Source: Lama guanicoe (Eukaryota). Taken from it: 64,000 bases of DNA. Positions 38,704-51,595 of the stretch are shown here, piece after piece. The stretch covers positions 11,119,231 to 11,183,230 of the forward strand of contig MU054187.1 in NCBI GenBank assembly GCA_013239625.1, given 5' to 3'. The notes under the pieces were generated by a model, which ran no database searches, was not told the DNA's origin, and was given only the letters and a program-made list of their open reading frames with translations. Within the stretch, counting starts at the first letter, position 1. Each line of letters begins with the position of its first letter. Made by a program: the position numbers and the translations under genes.

Positions 38704-39310
38704 CTCGATAGATTTGACTCTTGCAATGATGTAAACTTTTTAAGTTAAGTTGGAATCTATTTACATGTATTGGTTTCTTTAGTTATCTATATGTATTGAA
38801 TTACAGAAACTCTTTAACTAGGGGAATCTGTGTTTCCCCCTCCTACTTGACTTCCTTTTATCACGTAGTACTGGATTCACATTTTCAATCTCATAAAAAT
38901 CAATGTGTTTGAAGGTATATTTGTAGTACACTTTGAATGCTGGTTGCATCATTGAACTAATAACTATTTACTGATCAGACAATAAATACTTTGGTCCAAG
39001 GTCTTATGTGCCAAAGGAGCTAGAAGAAGTTCTAAAGACGGGAAAGGAATTGACCTGAATCTTGGGGATTTTTTTTTTCCTGCCCATCTAATTCTTAAAA
39101 AAAGGTATTTTTACAAGAAACATTTAGAAAAGTTTAAAACCCTTTTAACCTTTAACCTTTGCATTTCCTTAAAACTAGTTTAATTACATTACGAAAACTA
39201 CAATCAGAAAAAGATTTCATGAATATTAGAGTGGTATGTGGACTTTATTAGCTAATAAATATTTTCCCTATCATAATCTATTAGCATGAATCAAAATGTA
39301 TTTTCACAAC

Positions 39311-39585
39311 TTCATGGGTTGAGTAGTGTCCCTCAAAAAGATATGGTCAAGTCCTAACCCCTAGTATGTGAGAAAGTTACTTCACTTGTAAATAACATCT
39401 TTGCAGATACAATCTAGTTAATATGAGGTCATACTGAATTAGGCTGGGCAACCACCCGAAACTGGAAGAGGTGAAGATGAGTTCTTCCCAAGACCCTTTA
39501 GCGGGAGCATGGCTTTGCTAAGCTTCTGTTGTTTTAAGCCATCCAGCTTGTGATATTTTGCTACGGCAGCCTCCAAACTATTATA
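39311..39585 (+). mobile_element. MaLR solo LTR, MLT1B/C-like, internally deleted
   Basis: atgggttgagtagtgtccctcaaaagatatg...atgaggtcatactg...ttctgttgttttaagccatccag...tgctacggcagcc. Confidence 0.8.
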
Positions 39586-41350
39586 ATAATAAGGTGATAG
39601 TTCATGTATGATGTAGGAAGTGTTTCTTGGAAAAGTAGTGGAGATTTCAGGACTATGGAATTTTATGCATTCATGGAAAACAGATTAGAGCAGTACAGAA
39701 TATCTTTTAAAGGAACAAGAGAAATTATGCCAAATCTATCCAAACTATTTGAATAGGGAAGACAGGAAAAAAAAAGAAAAAGGATTGATATGGGTCAAGC
39801 CTCTACATTAAAGTGAAATGGATATAAATGTGAATAATTCATTTCTCACATGACGAAGACGCTAAATGGAAAGAAAGAGAAGACTTTTTCATAGACGTAT
39901 GACTGTGATTAAGACGGACTATTCTGAGTTTTTCAAACAATCTGGCTTAAAAAAGCACACATGGTTTTTCATGTAGTGTATTTATGTTGGGAAAGGTGTT
40001 GCAAACAAAACACTGAATACTTCAGAATTTTTAAAAAACATTGCAAATGCGGTTGCTCAGGGTTCTACACTGAGCAGTGAGTAATTGCTGTCCTTTTGTT
40101 TATTTTTAGATAAAAGATCTGCAGCCATAGAATGCTTCTCCATGACATTTTCACAGAACACGCTATTTAAGATTTACATTATTTCATCACTCAAGGTAAT
40201 TTATTTCTTAAGAATACCATAAAATCTATTTAAGTCGTTTCCTGTCTCCCAAAGAAATGAAAGGCATCTCTAAAGGGATTTCAGTGTATCCTTTTCAGTG
40301 TGTGTGTTTTATATTTTTGCATTTTCCCAGGAAGAAATGGAGACAGTGACTCAATTAATACCTTATGCTTATCCTCTCATTATTCCGTTCTTGGTTTTGG
40401 TGATCATTTGAAATAAATGGAGGTTGTTTGCTCAGCTCTCTCAGGCTGGTGCTTATTAAATAACAGCCCTCACATGCTCTGTGTTGTTTTTGCAGTCCAG
40501 TCATGAAGAAATGGGACGCCAGTTCTCAGCAGTCAAAGCAACCATTGCAAACTAATTTTTCCCCCTTCCTTATTTATTTCTGCTAGCATTAAAAAAGAGA
40601 GAGAGACATTTTTGACACTGATAAAAAGTTAAGTACATGGAGTCTTAACATACTGATAAAGATATGCAAATATTTATTAAAGATGAAAACCTAACTCATC
40701 AGGAACACTGGACATGGCGAGTTACAGGACTCCCTGACTGAATCGTTAAGCATTCTTGACTAAAAAACCAAAAAAAAAAAAAAATCTAGATAGTAACACT
40801 CTTTTGTTGTTGTTGTTAAAGTAATTGTAGATACACACCCAGTTGTAAAAACAAAAATAAAACTGAGAGATTATTTATATCCTTTCCCCAGTGTCCCCCA
40901 GTGGCATCTAGTATATCACAACTGGTGTATTTACATTGATGCAATCCAGTGATCTTACTCACATTTCTCCAGTTTTACCAGCAACTGTGTGTGTATAAGT
41001 AGCTAAGTACAATTTCATCACTTATGTAAGTTCATGTATCTACCATCACAGTCAAAATGCTGAACAATTCTGTCACCAGAAGGATCCCTTCCTTGAGTTG
41101 CTCTTTTGAAACCACACCTGCCTCTCTTCTGCCCCTGCCGTAGCTACTCCCCGACCCCTGTCTCCCTAATCCCTACAACCACTGAGCTGTTCTCCATTTA
41201 GACAGTTTTGACATTTCAACATCTTATATTAATGAAATCACACCGTATGTAAACTTTAGAGACTGGCTTCTTTCTCCCTAGAGACTCAAACAAGTTGTGG
41301 CTTGTAGCGAGAGTTCATTCCCTTCCTTTGCTATGCTATGGGTGCCATAG

Positions 41351-41570
41351 TTTTCTTCTTTTAACTGAAGTATAGTTGGTTTACAATGTTGTGTTAATTT
41401 CTGGTGTACATCACAGTGGTTCAGCCATACATGTAATACACACATATATATGTATATTCCTTTTAATACTCTTTTTCATTATATGTGATTGAATACAGTT
41501 CCCTGTGCTATACAGTAGGACCTCACTGTTTACCTATTTTATATATAGTAGTTAGTATCTACAAATCCCA
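41351..41570 (-). mobile_element. Younger L1 3'UTR fragment nested in the older L1
   Basis: tgaagtatagttggtttacaatgttgtgttaatttctggtgtaca...gttccctgtgctatacagtaggacct. Confidence 0.85.
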
Positions 41571-43536
41571 GGACCACCATTATCTGTTGAAGAACACCTG
41601 TATTGTTTCTAGGGTGGGGCGACTATGAATAAAGCTGCTATGAACAACCATTCATAGACTTTTATGTAAATGTGTTTTTGTTTCTCTGGGATAAATGTCC
41701 AGGAGTGCGATTACTGAATAATAGATACTGGCTTATTTAATTTTATAAGAAAATTCCAAACAGTTTTCTACATTCATCTACCATTTTACATTCCCACCAG
41801 CAACATATAAGTGATCTAGTGTCTTATGATTGCCAGCATTTAGGGTTGTCACTGTGTTTTATTTCTGTCATTCTGCTAGGTTTGTAGTGAAATCAATTTG
41901 TGGCTTTCATTTGCATGTACCTGATGGTAATGAGATTGGCATCTTTTCATGTGCTTGGCTGCCATCTGTATATCCTCTTCAACGAAATGCCTGTTTGTGT
42001 CTCTTGCCAGTTTTCTGGTGGGATCGTTTACTGTCTTTCTGTTGACTTTTGACAGCTCTTTGTATTATCTAGCTACTAGTCCTTAATGGATACATAGTTT
42101 TCAAATATTTTCTCCCAGTCTGTATGTAGTTTTGTCTTTTCATGTGATTTATTAGACTCAATTCATCATTTTTCCTGTTATAAATCCAGTCTAGAAACTC
42201 TGTACCTAGTTCTAGATCTCAAATGATTTTTCACTATTTTTTTCTCTTAAAGCTTTCTAGTTTTACATTTTACATTTAAGTCCATGACCTATTTTGAGTA
42301 AATTTTTGTAAAAAGTGTGAAGTTATCTGTTGAAGAGGCTATCCTACTTCATTGAATTGCATTTGCACCTTTGTCAAAAATCAGTTGAGCGTATTTGTGT
42401 GGGCTGATTGCTGGTTCTCCATTCTGTTCTGCAGCTTTATCTGTTTATTATGTCTTATTACCACACTGTCTTGATAACTGCAACTTCATAGTAATCCTTC
42501 ATATCAGGAGGAATAATACTTCAAAATTTGGTCATGTTTGTCAAGATTTGTCTAGCTATTCTAGAATCTGTGCCTTTTTATATAAATTTTAGGATGAGCA
42601 TATTTATATCAACCAAAAAGCTTTGCTGGGATTTTGACATGCATTAAATCTATGTATCACTTTGGGCTGAATTGACATTAGTATACAGGGTCTTCTAGTC
42701 CATGAATATAGAGGTTTCTCCTTTTATTTAGATCTTTCTGATTTATTTCAGCAACATTTAATAATTTTTAGCTCAGAGATCCTGTACACGTTTTTTAGAC
42801 TTAAATACAAATATTTCTCTTTGGAGCAATTGTCAGCGAGTGGTAGAGTGTTTTTCATTTCAGATTCTGCATGTTCGTTGTTAGTACTCAGAAAAGCAAC
42901 TGATTTTGTTGGTTTTGGTCTTGTGTTACCCTGTGTCCTTGCTGAACTTACTTATTAGTTCTAGGCATTTTGTGTGGTTTAGTTTTGCAGATTCCTGGGC
43001 ATTTTCTATGTAAACAATCGGGTCCTCTGCAAAAAGAGACAAGTTTACCTCTTCATTACCAGCCTGCATGCCTTTCATTTATTTTCTTGCCTTATTGCTA
43101 GAACTTCCAATGCTATGGTAAGAGAGATGAGAGCTCACATCATTGCCTTGTTTCTAATCATGGGGAAGGCATCCAGTCCTTCACCACTAAGTTTACCGTT
43201 AGTTGTCGATGAACTTTATCAGGTTGAGATAATTCCTATTTCGTACTTGCTGAGAGTTTTTATTATGAATGGATGTTGGATTTTTCAAATGAGTTTCCTG
43301 TGTCAACTGATATGAACAATTGATTTTTCTTCGTGTGCTTGTTGATATGGCGATCACATTGATTTATTTTCAGATGTTGAACTACCCCTTCACATATGCA
43401 ATAAATCCCACCTGGTCATGATATAATTACTTTTATACATTGTTAGATTTGGTTTGTCTGTATTTTGTTGACAAAGTTTACATCTAAGTTCATGAGAATA
43501 GTTTCTGTGGTTTTCTTTTTTGTACTTGTCTGGTAT

Positions 43537-43991
43537 TGTTAAGGAAACGACAGGCCAGCCAAGAAACAAGCACCACTCGGAGGGTTGCAGTACTCAGATG
43601 TATTACACTGGCGGACTCAGAGGGGCTTCTGCTCCGAAGCTCTGAGCACCTCCAAGATGTGTGCATGAGGTTTTATAGGGTAAAGTACAAGCTTGGGGTA
43701 TTCGGCCAATAGGCATGAAACAGCTTTAGCAGCATCATTATCACAAAAGTGGAGGCAGGGAGGCAGCAAACCAACATTCCAAAGCCAGATATATCTAAAA
43801 TCCAGCTGCAAAACAACATGAACAGCAAACCAACACTAATTAACTTAGATTTACAAGTTAGTCCAGCAGAACTCAGATCACTATTCTGATACTTAGATTT
43901 GTGAGTTATCCTGCCAGCCCAGCCCAGCTTTTCCTTCACATTCCTAGACTTGTGAGTTATCTTGTTAGCCCAGCCTGGCTTTTCTTTCACA
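43537..43991 (-). mobile_element. ERV1-type solo LTR (455 bp) with 4-bp TSD
   Basis: TG...CA termini; TSD GTAT at 43533-43536 and 43992-43995; antisense TATA (ttttatagg near 43672); ~51-bp internal duplication. Confidence 0.88.
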
Positions 43992-44404
43992 GTATCAGGA
44001 TAACACTGACCTCATAAAATTAGTTAGACAATGTTGCCTCCACTTCTAATTTATGGAAGAGGTTGTATAAAGTGGATGTTACTTCTTCGTTAAATGTTTG
44101 GCAGTATTCTTTTAGTTAAACTATCTGGGACTACAGATTTATTTTGGGGGGAGCTTTTTAAAATTCTAAATACAATTTCTTTAATGGCTGTAGATCTATT
44201 TATAGTATCAATTTTACCGTGGTTGAGTTTGATAGTTTGTGATTTCCAAAAGATTGGTCCATTTTATCTAAGTGTTGAATATATGAATGTAAAGTTGTTC
44301 TTAATATTCCCTTATTATATTTTTAATGTTTTCAGGATCTGTAATGATATGATATCCTTTATTTCATTCCTAATATTGATGATACGAGTCTTTTTTCTTT
44401 TTCT

Positions 44405-44865
44405 TGTCGACTAAAATAAAGCACAGCCTAAAAGTTGAGAGTTATATTTTATTTGGCAGGAGGACTCGAGCCGGGATGACAGCCTCTCAGATTGCTCTGA
44501 GGGACTGCTCCAAAGAGGTAGGGGAGGAGCTAGGATATATAGGAGCTTTACAACAAAGACCAGGTAGTTGGAACAATAAAAGATTACTTGTTATCTAAAG
44601 AAAACCAGGCATTTCAAGTTAAAGAATTTAGTGCTTTTCTATGTATGGGAGGAAGTAAACATTCGGGCTCATTGAATTCATTCCTTTGACAAGCATCTAG
44701 CTATCTAGGGCCATTATTTTGTCCTTTTTTATTCAGAGTCTGCTCAGAGTGCACCATTGTGAGTGGCTGCAGAGGCTTGTCTTCACTGGAGGGTGGCAGC
44801 AGCCGCTGATGACTTGGTTTCAGCATTCTTTTTTTACTGATATGGTTGCAGTATTTTCGTTCACA
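44405..44865 (-). mobile_element. ERV1-type solo LTR (LTR39-like of artiodactyls)
   Basis: tgtcgact...ttcaca termini; TSD ttct/ttgt; homologous to 51154-51595 in the opposite orientation. Confidence 0.85.
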
Positions 44866-46482
44866 TTGTCAACCTTCCTGGAGAAATAAAATTTGCCAAT
44901 TGTATTGACTTTACAAATAATCAGCTTTTATTTTGTTAACTTCACTATTGTTTTCCTGTTTTCAATTATACTGACATTTCCTTTCTCTTTATTATTTTCT
45001 TTCCTCTACTTGTTCTTCTTTTTCCATTTTTCAGAGATGGAAACAGATTATTGACTGAGACTTTTACTCATTTCTGTTGTAAGCATTTAATGCAATACAT
45101 TTCTCTCTCAGTACCGCATCCCACATAAGTTGGGATGGATAAGTTGGATTTCCATTTCCTTTAAATTCTATGTACTTTTTAATTCTCTAGAGACTTCCTT
45201 TCTGACTCATCGATTGTTCAGAAGTGTGGTATTTAACTTCCATGCCTGTAGAGAGTCTCTTCTTGTCTTTCTGCTATCGATTTCTAGTTTGATTCAATTA
45301 TGATCAGAAGATTCATTCTGTTTGATTTCAACTCATAAACTTGTTGAGGTTTCTTTTAGGGCTCAGGATACAATCTATTTTGATGACTTTTCCTTGGGCA
45401 TTTGGAAAAGTGTGTGTTCTGCTGTTGTTGCATACTCTGCTCTAAATATGTTGACTAGATTCATTTGATTGATTCTATATTCTAGGTGATTTTCTGATTA
45501 GTAGCCCTATCAGTTACTGAGAGTAGAACATTGAAGTCCTCAACTAACTTACGGATTTGTCTATTTCTCTGTCAGCCATGTTAATTTTGCTTCATGTATT
45601 TTGAGGCTCCCTTATTTTGTGCGTATTTCTAAGATCATTACATCTTCCAGGTGGATCGATCCTTTCATTATGTAATGTTTCTCTTTGTCTCTAGCAATTT
45701 TCTTTACTCTGAAACCTACTTCGTCTGGTATTAATATGGCCACTCCTGCATGTTTGAATCATATATCTTCTTCTATTCTTGTGATTTCAACCCATCATGC
45801 TGCTAAGTTTGAAGTCAGTTTCTTAGAAACAGCATATGGTAGGGTCGTGGACTTTTTAGTTCACTCTCCCAATCTCTGTCTTTCATTAGTGTGTTTATGT
45901 TTTGATTGGTATATGTAAATATGGCATTTTATTTGTCTTCCCTGGTCATTTTCTGTTTCTCATTTCTTTATTACTCTTTTTTTCTTTACAGTGCATTACA
46001 TCAATACTTTAAGGATTTCACCTTGATTTTGTATAGTGTTTTTGAGTGTTTTTCTTTCTCACAGGGGTTGCACACGTATGTGTGACTTATCACTCAATTG
46101 TAACAATATTTTACCACTTCCATTTAAGAATAAATTTAAATTCCATTATGGTTAAGAATAAATGGCTAAATGTGTTCATGAATGAAATACTTGAAAAGAA
46201 AAAAATCATAGAATATACAAAAGATTCTACTAAATCCTTTCACCAAAGAATTGGTGACAAAACCTGACCTTCCTGCTGACAGTTTGGCTTCTTGCACATT
46301 CTTCCATTAAGCACTGTTGGAAATTCATGTGGCTTTTTCAGAACCCCTATTACTAATCACAAGGGGTATTGACAAATCAATTTGCTGAAAGTCATAAACA
46401 ATTTATTTCCTCTTCGAATTTTCTCTCTATTCAACATTCGTACTTCATTTCTGGCTGCCTGCTTGATTTCTTAACGCAGAAC

Positions 46483-46550
46483 ACATTTATTCATTTATTA
46501 GACAAATATTATTGAGAATCTATTATGTGCCAGGCAAAGTGCTGTGCATT
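46483..46550 (-). mobile_element. L2 3' terminus
   Basis: atttattcatttattagacaaatattattgagaatctattatgtgccaggc. Confidence 0.7.
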
Positions 46551-47554
46551 TCTCTCTACACAGTGTGCTGCACCATTCTTCCTGGCAACTGTGCTCACTC
46601 TATGGAATCGATACTCCCTGAAAGATCAATATTTTCCACATGCTCTATGGACGGAAGTCCTTTCAAGAGGGGGAGAAAAATCATTTCCAGCCCAGAGTAT
46701 ATGATGAAAATAGAATGCCTCATTTTCCAAAAACATTAACAGCCTGACATTTCCTGAGTATACCATTAAAATAAACTCCCAGAAACATCAAGTGATGTAC
46801 ATTACTGTTCCTTCATATCAGGAGACATCTGTTACAGTATTGTTAAGTTTGTTTGAGAACAAAAATAAAACTAAATAAGCCAAATATAAGGAATGACAGG
46901 CTTGAAAATAATGAGAATTAAATAGTGGAGACAACGCTATTTATGCAGAAGTAAACTTGGAAAGGAGGCAAAATTAAAACAGGAGCCTTTTCCCAATATC
47001 TGTCTTGATCCTCCATCAGACATCTCAGGTCGTCTGAGTTTCTGTTTTCCTAGAGAGGTATCCAACAGTTTACCAAGCTACCACTGGTTTGCTGATGTTG
47101 TAAAAATTTAACTATGCCTACAAAGCAAATTCTGAAGATAAATAGACACTTTCTCTTAGAGGATAATAAACAGGGACTATATTAAATTGTAATTGGTATT
47201 CAACTCTACCAACTGACTGATTAATAACTAGTATATTGCAATTAATTTAACTTATATAATCAAGATATTATATTTTGCAAGGCTCTCAGCCTTTTATAGC
47301 AGTAAAATCTTTTCCCTCTGTTGTCCATATGCTTGAGTAAGTCTGTGGACGAATGCATTATAGAATGCTGGAGTGGTTCCTTGCATCCTTAGCACATGGG
47401 GCAAGCTATTGGTGTTTATTCTGCCATACCTAATTCAGGGCAACTTTACTTCCCACCCAAAGTGTAAACGGATTACATGACTTATGAATGAACAATAACA
47501 ATAGAATATACTCTATATTTCATGTAAATAGCATAAGACTTATAGAGAAAATGA

Positions 47555-47790
47555 ATTCACTCATTCATTTATCTAAAAATGTTATTTGAGAGACCTCCAT
47601 GTACCAGTCTAGAGGCTGGAGATTCAGCAGAGACGAGACAAAGTCCTTGCCTTCACACAGCATACATTCTAGAGAATTAACAGACTATAAATAAAGCAAT
47701 CAATATGTCAGATGCTCATAGACTGTGATGAATGCCATCAATAAAATATGGAGAAGGTGGAGCTATAGAGTGACCAGAGAAGGATATTTT
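47555..47790 (-). mobile_element. L2a 3' fragment
   Basis: attcactcattcattt...tatttgagagacctccatgtaccag...acaaagtccttgccttcacacagcatacattctag. Confidence 0.78.
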
Positions 47791-47799
47791 TGCTTGAAT

Positions 47800-48730
47800 G
47801 ATGAGTACATCATTCCCAACAACCAGTCTTTCAACACCTACAAGGACAAGTCAGGATCCTGAGCAACCTATTTGTCCCCAAACAACTCTTCCTATTTTTA
47901 AATAGCTCGATCCTTTAACTCTAATTTATCTGGCCTTAATTTAATAGGAATGTGTGTTAAATATCAAAGACTATCTTTTAAATGCTAATAGCCAGATATT
48001 TAAAAGTAAATATCCCTTCCCTATTAATTTGTGATGCTTTCTTCATCATAACAGTATATACATTTTTTCTGAGGCAATAGTATGGAACTCTTTAATTATC
48101 TGGGATATACGTTAGTGTAAGGTACAGTATACATTTATTCCCCTTCCACCTCCCTGGTACTGTTTGGTGATGCCAGCTTTGTCATGTCTCAGATTCTTAC
48201 AAATAATATTCTCAGTTCTATTTCAAGAATTCTTATTTTGATACTTATAAAGTTGTCTACCTTCCTGTTCTGAATTATCCTTCCCTAGCTTTGGTGTTAG
48301 GGCTCAACCAGCTTCATAAAGTGACTAGAAGCAATTTCTTTATTCTTCTAAACCTTGGAACAATTTTCACCATAGAGAAATATTTTCCTTGACATTTAAA
48401 TAATAAGCTCATGGTAGTCTAATGAGAGACTTCTCTGAATGAAATTATTTTTTACACATTTTCTCTATTTCTTCAGTGGATTATCAGTGAATGCAGACCT
48501 GTAACTATTCTTCAGTAAGCTTTGCTAATTTACAGTCTCCTCTAAAATGTTCAATTTTTTTCGGGATTTTCAGATATATTACCATAGAATTATAGGTACT
48601 ATAATCACGTTTTGTCTCTTTTGTTTATCTCATTAAAATGTTTCTCAATTTTTCTTGAATTTTTGTTCTCTTTAAAAACATTGCCAGGAGTTTGCCTTGC
48701 CTGACTGTTTCAAATAAATGACAAGTTTCT
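47800..48730 (-). mobile_element. Very old L1 (L1M5/L1ME-like) ORF2 remnant
   Basis: ctagctttggtgttaggg...gcttcataaagtgactagaagca...ttggaacaattt. Confidence 0.55.
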
Positions 48731-48739
48731 GAATAGATC

Positions 48740-49307
48740 TGCAGTAGTTCTTCATTGCTGCTGTAACAAATTACCACAAAGTTGACGGCTTAAAACAACC
48801 ATTTTACAGGTTTTTTTTGTTTGGGGTTTGGGTTTTGCTTTTACATTTTATAGTTCTGTAGGTCAGAACTGACACAAATCTTCCTGGACTACAATCAGGT
48901 GCCGGCAGGACTGCAGTCCTTTCTCGAGGCTACAGAGCTGAAGCCATTTCCTCGTCTTTTCTGTCTTCGCGTCCACCTCCATTCCTTGCCTTGTGGTCCC
49001 GTTTCTCCTCCTGCAAAGCCAGAAGCAGTGGGTGGCGTTCTTCTCACTCACACAGTGTCGCTCTGACCTCCTGTGGTCACACCCCCCTCTGGTTCTGTCT
49101 CCTTTTCCGTCTCCTTCTGCCACTATAAGGACCCTTGTGATCCATCCAGATTATCCAGAATTAACGCCCTATTTAAAACCAGCTAGTTAGCAACTTCAGT
49201 CCTCTCTGCTGCCTGAATTCCCCTTTGCCCTGTAACTTAATTCACAGGTTCCAAGGAGGAAGCGACGGACCTCCGTGAGGGATGGGGAAACACATCACTC
49301 TACCAAA
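48740..49307 (-). mobile_element. MaLR solo LTR, MLT1D-like
   Basis: ttgctgctgtaacaaattaccacaaa...ggcttaaaacaac...tagttctgtaggtcagaa...tataaggacccttgtgat...ttcacaggttcca. Confidence 0.87.
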
Positions 49308-49389
49308 ATATCAATTAAACTTTTGATATTTTACTTCATTTTCCTGCTTGCATTTTTATTCTTTCTTCTTGCTTCCTTAATGTAATTTT

Positions 49390-50125
49390 ACAGCCACTTA
49401 CACAGCTTTAGCCGAGGAGTTACTCAGCTCTGCTGGGTCTCTCTCATGTATACGTATTATTAAACTTTGTGTGACTTTCTCCTGTTAATCCGTCTTATGT
49501 CAATTTAATTCTTAGACCAGCCAGAAGAACCTAGAAGGATAGAAGAAAATTTCTTCCTCCCCGACAGTTGGCAACAAAGATGGAATACAGTTTTACAGGC
49601 TGGGCTCTCCTGGCTTCAAGGCTGCTGTAGTTAAGGGACCCCGAGACACCTGACAAAAAGCCAACAGGGGTAGGAATTCTTACCATGTCAGCTAGTCTCC
49701 TGGCTCTCTGCCTGCAGGGTATGCTGGAAACAAGAGTGGGACAAATTCTTCTCTTTTCTAAAATTAGTAGGAGAAATACTTGTAGGGCTAGATCCTTGGA
49801 CTTGGCAACTCTTGGGAGACTTCAATAGAGGACTCCTGGTTTGTTGATCCCTTTCCTTCCATAGATGGTCACTGTGTTTCTTTGTCTCTGTCTGTGGTGT
49901 CATTTGTCATAAGGAGGAAACCACTGGTCTGATTAGGTTTTCTTTTCCACTCATCTTGAGAGCTTGGTTGGTTGACCAATGAGAAAATTCTTTCTGGTCT
50001 CTGCCATCCGAAAGTGCACATCCTGGTGGGCGTCTGGCCAGTTGAACAGACTGGGATTCCAAGCAGTCTTTTTGTTCAGTCATGCCAGCTCTCAAGGGAG
50101 TTTGTCATAAAGGGTCTCAGTCCAA
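49390..50125 (+). mobile_element. ERV1 (MER4-group-like) 5' LTR R-U5 end, PBS and leader remnant
   Basis: ATTAAA, U5 ending ttcttcctccccgaCA (49566), PBS tggcaacaaagatggaat (49569-49586), leader with donor-like gggtaggaattcttacc. Confidence 0.75.
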
Positions 50126-51153
50126 AAATAAAAAATAGGTAATTTTTAAATGTCAAAAAAGAGGGGAGGGTAGCCTCAGTCTGTGTCAGTTTCTTGGAAG
50201 AAGGCTTATGATACATATGTATGTGTGTACGTCCGTGTGTATACACACATATGTGGATACACGTATAAACACATACACCTATTGACCATAATCTCGTATA
50301 CATAGTCAATGCCAGATGCATCTCTGAATGTCATTCCCAATCTTGCCATTTTCAGCTTTCTCATAGTATTGCTGGATAATCAGTCAGAGACTTCGGACTG
50401 GGGTTTTTTACCAGTTTTTGGACACTTGAGAATACTTTAGAGTTCTGGGATGCTGGTTCGGGTAAGGAACTGAGTAGATCCTTAAAGTGAGGCTCAAGAT
50501 TTTTTCCTTCCAAAGAAAAAACTGAATGTGTTTGTAAAGTAACACACGCATTCTTGGATAACCTACCAAAAGAGCCTTTTTATGCTTGTTAATTAAAGAT
50601 GGTTATTTTTCAACAAAGATAGAGACATATACTTAAGTAAGACAGGATTCTAGATCTATGGTAAGTGAGATCAGGACAGAAAAATGTAAGCTGATACATC
50701 TGGCAAAGAAAAGTAGTGGCTATACCTATTTCATAAAAGGGAGAAACCTGGCAAAATATTGAAAAGGGGGGTTAAATGTAATCATTTGGCGAAATGTGTT
50801 GAGTGGCTCTGATGTCAGCTTTCAATGAAGTATGTTAAAACCAGCATACAGTGTCTAACTCTGGATACCACATTGCAAAATATTGCTGCTTCTGGTGATG
50901 TGTAATAGTTGAAAATACACAATAATGTTATAGGGATGAGCTAATGGTCTTCTGAATGATTTCGGTGATGGTTTTAAGTTGTACACTCCTGGAAGGCAGA
51001 ATTTGTTTAACTCACTTCGGGATGCTTAGCATTGTGACCTGCGTACGTAGCTTCGAGGCTTCAGTCTTTTACTGATGCTTTTAAATAACAATCACATCTA
51101 GTATTAGAAATGCCATCTTTATGATGATAGCAGGAAGCCCACTGGAATGCTTC

Positions 51154-51595
51154 TGTGGACAGAGAGTGTCACCTGCCCTATCAGTAAACAAAGGATGTTG
51201 GGCCACCAAGCTAGCAGCCTTGCAGCCAACCCTCACTGTGCACCATGAGGGGATTCAGGATGGGAAAAAACAGGATACTGGCCCTAGAGATTTAAGGTGC
51301 ATATCAAAGCAATGATTTCATTGAGCCTAGACTCCTGCAACTTCCTATACAGAGAAAAGTGCTAAATTCATTAACCTGAGATGTCTGGTTTTCTTTAATG
51401 AACAGAAATCTTTTGATGGTCCGACTTTCTGGTTTATGTTGCTAAACTCTTACATATCCTGGCTCCCCCTTAACCTCTTTGGAACAGTCCCTCACAGCGA
51501 TCTGAGAGGCTGCCTGCTGGCCTGGAGTCCTCAGAAAGTCCGCGAATAAAACATATTTCTCAACTTTTAGGTTGTGCTTTTTTAATCAGTCGACA
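51154..51595 (+). mobile_element. ERV1-type solo LTR (442 bp), LTR39-like, perfect 4-bp TSD
   Basis: TG...gtcgaCA termini; TSD CTTC at 51150-51153 and 51596-51599; AATAAA at 51545. Confidence 0.9.

Larger units (their letters stand above)
40800..46120 (-). mobile_element. Long decayed L1 (L1MC/MD-like 3' end through the ORF2 RT/EN region) hosting three nested insertions
   Basis: Continuous antisense ORF2 motifs (aataaagctgctatgaac, cattcccaccagcaac, gaatggatgttggattttt, ttgaagtcctcaacta). Confidence 0.88.

Noticed and set aside
40480..40560. Isolated plus-strand splice acceptors (40495, also 6570, 19570, 60077)
   Set aside because: No convincing paired donor or recognisable coding frame; expected by chance in AT-rich DNA
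50161..50285. SINE-head-like ggggagggtagcctcagt and adjacent alternating purine-pyrimidine tract
   Set aside because: Too short to call a SINE; the tract is ordinary low-complexity (TG/CA) sequence
44405..51595. Full provirus bounded by two related LTRs
   Set aside because: The LTRs are inverted, have different TSDs, and no gag/pol lies between them
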